A DNA stretch of 64,000 nt, from assembly GCA_030608565.1 (NCBI GenBank), contig JAUWDY010000003.1, positions 9,587 through 73,586 on the forward strand, written 5' to 3'. This DNA is from Candidatus Bathyarchaeota archaeon. Its GTDB lineage: Archaea > Thermoproteota > Bathyarchaeia > Bathyarchaeales > Bathyarchaeaceae. Shown piece by piece: positions 63,023 through 64,000 of the stretch. Under the pieces are notes generated by a model. That model was not told the DNA's origin and did no database searches. It saw nothing but the letters and a program-made list of their open reading frames with translations. Every line of letters starts with the position of its first letter. The stretch's first letter is position 1. The position numbers were made by a program, and so were the translations under genes.

Positions 63023-64000
63023 TTACCACTTTAGCTTGTTGGAGAAAAGGGAGCGGAAGCGCGATTGTCCATGTCGTCGGAGGAAGGCGCTTTCCACTCC
63101 CGTGAGGACAACCATGACGCTGGCGGTTCCCTTCAACGCCTTGTCCACCCTCGCCCCCCAGATAACCTTTGCCTTCGGCGGGATCGACCGCTTCACCAGC
63201 TCCCCTGCGTGATGGACATCTTGAAGAGTCATGCCTTCTCCGCCTGCTACGTGGATCAGTACCCCGCGAGCCTTAGTGATGTCCTCTATGTCGAGCAGTC
63301 GTCCGTCTAACGCTCTCTCCACGGCTTGCTCTACTCTGCCGTCTCCATTCCCTTGTCCGACTCCTATCGAGGCGAGGCCGGCCCCCTTCATGATGGCGCG
63401 AAGGTCTGCGTAGTCCAAGTTGATGAGACTTGCGGTGGCGATGGTTTCGGTTATGCCTTTGATGAATTTTCCTATGGTTGTGTTGGCTACGCCTAGAGCC
63501 TTCCTGAAGGGTAGGTTTCCAGCGATCTTGATGAGCCTGTTGTTGTCGATGACTACCACAGTGTCGCAAGATTTTTGGAGTCGTTTTATGCCTTGTCTCG
63601 CTATCTTCATCCTTGCGGTTTCGATTTCGAAGGGGAGGGTAACTACCCCTACAATTAGGTTATGGATTTCTGGGGAGATTCGTCGGCGTAGCTCATCTGC
63701 TAAGGCGCAGGTGCCCCCGGTTCCTGTTCCTCCGCCCAATCCAGCTACTAGAAATATAATGTTTGCCCCAATGACTTCCTTGATGACTTCGTCCATGGTT
63801 TCGTACATTGCCTGTTCCCCTAGTTCGGGATAGCCCCCGCATCCCAGTCCCTTTGTTATCTTTTCGCCTACCAGTATCTTCTTGTGGGCGACGCTCACAG
63901 CCAAATGGCTTGCGTCAGTGTTTACTGAGATGAGCTTTCCTCCAGCTACTTTTCTCTTCTTTACCCACGATATGACGTTGCTTCCGGCTCCTCCGATGCC
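63023..64000 (-). CDS. ftsZ: Cell-division GTPase FtsZ (N-terminus beyond the window end)
   Basis: Manual extension to 64000 gives GIGGAGSNVISW...SVNTDASHL...GLGCGGYPELG. The ORF also contains AGLGGGTGTGGTCALA (tubulin signature) and NRLI. Confidence 0.9.
   Translation of the reverse strand, partial: GIGGAGSNVISWVKKRKVAGGKLISVNTDASHLAVSVAHKKILVGEKITKGLGCGGYPELGEQAMYETMDEVIKEVIGANIIFLVAGLGGGTGTGGTCALADELRRRISPEIHNLIVGVVTLPFEIETARMKIARQGIKRLQKSCDTVVVIDNNRLIKIAGNLPFRKALGVANTTIGKFIKGITETIATASLINLDYADLRAIMKGAGLASIGVGQGNGDGRVEQAVERALDGRLLDIEDITKARGVLIHVAGGEGMTLQDVHHAGELVKRSIPPKAKVIWGARVDKALKGTASVMVVLTGVESAFLRRHGQSRFRSLFSNKLKW

Noticed and set aside
1-64000. CRISPR arrays, rRNA genes, additional tRNAs
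   Set aside because: Scanning the spacers by eye revealed no regularly spaced direct repeats, no rRNA-like segments and no further T-arm (GTTCRAATC-like) cloverleaf candidates besides tRNA-Cys. A computational scan could still find what I missed.

Overview
This is an archaeal chromosomal window. The markers are a five-subunit Cdh CODH/ACS, Mtd, CofE, EndA, an archaeal-type GlyRS, FtsZ and GGAG/GGTG-type RBSs. The lineage cannot be fixed from sequence alone. The gene content resembles uncultured H4MPT-type Wood-Ljungdahl archaea such as Bathyarchaeia-like lineages, but that is a guess. Layout: (i) 1-11.6 kb holds a membrane-bound Mrp/Mbh-type group-4 [NiFe]-hydrogenase locus. It has divergent antiporter-subunit and NuoA/B/C/D/H/I-like operons. 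A DUF211+VIT1 pair and an orphan GC-rich trio of small membrane proteins interrupt it, and a detached NuoL/NuoM-like pair follows. (ii) 11.9-23.1 kb is a patchy accessory-like block. It contains an FrhB/FpoF-like gene, gene debris (H+-PPase N-terminal fragments and a CPA fragment), ion antiporters with an ArsR regulator, a GH130 + glycosyltransferase + IPCT/DIPPS-like cluster, a Zn-ribbon/OB-fold/YkgJ trio and a decayed 3' copy of the FrhB gene. A recurring ATGCATGCAT palindrome marks its spacers. (iii) 23.1-47.5 kb is a very compact C1/Wood-Ljungdahl island. It carries two paralogous metV-metF pairs, one in an operon with an FrhB paralogue and one divergent from a rearranged HdrA-HdrA'-MvhD fusion plus hdrC/hdrB. 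It also carries mtd, cofE, an Lrp regulator, two CooC paralogues, RACo, cdhABCDE and a CooT-like gene. (iv) 47.7-64 kb is housekeeping: acs, pgk, asnS, mpg, cysS, pepF, tRNA-Cys, endA, a DUF47 gene, glyS and ftsZ (partial), plus decayed DUF917 and methyltransferase genes. No CRISPR array, rRNA, integrase or transposase was recognised. Several apparent frameshifts sit on A/T homopolymers and may be assembly artefacts. All functional calls rest on motif and family recognition by eye, with no database searches.
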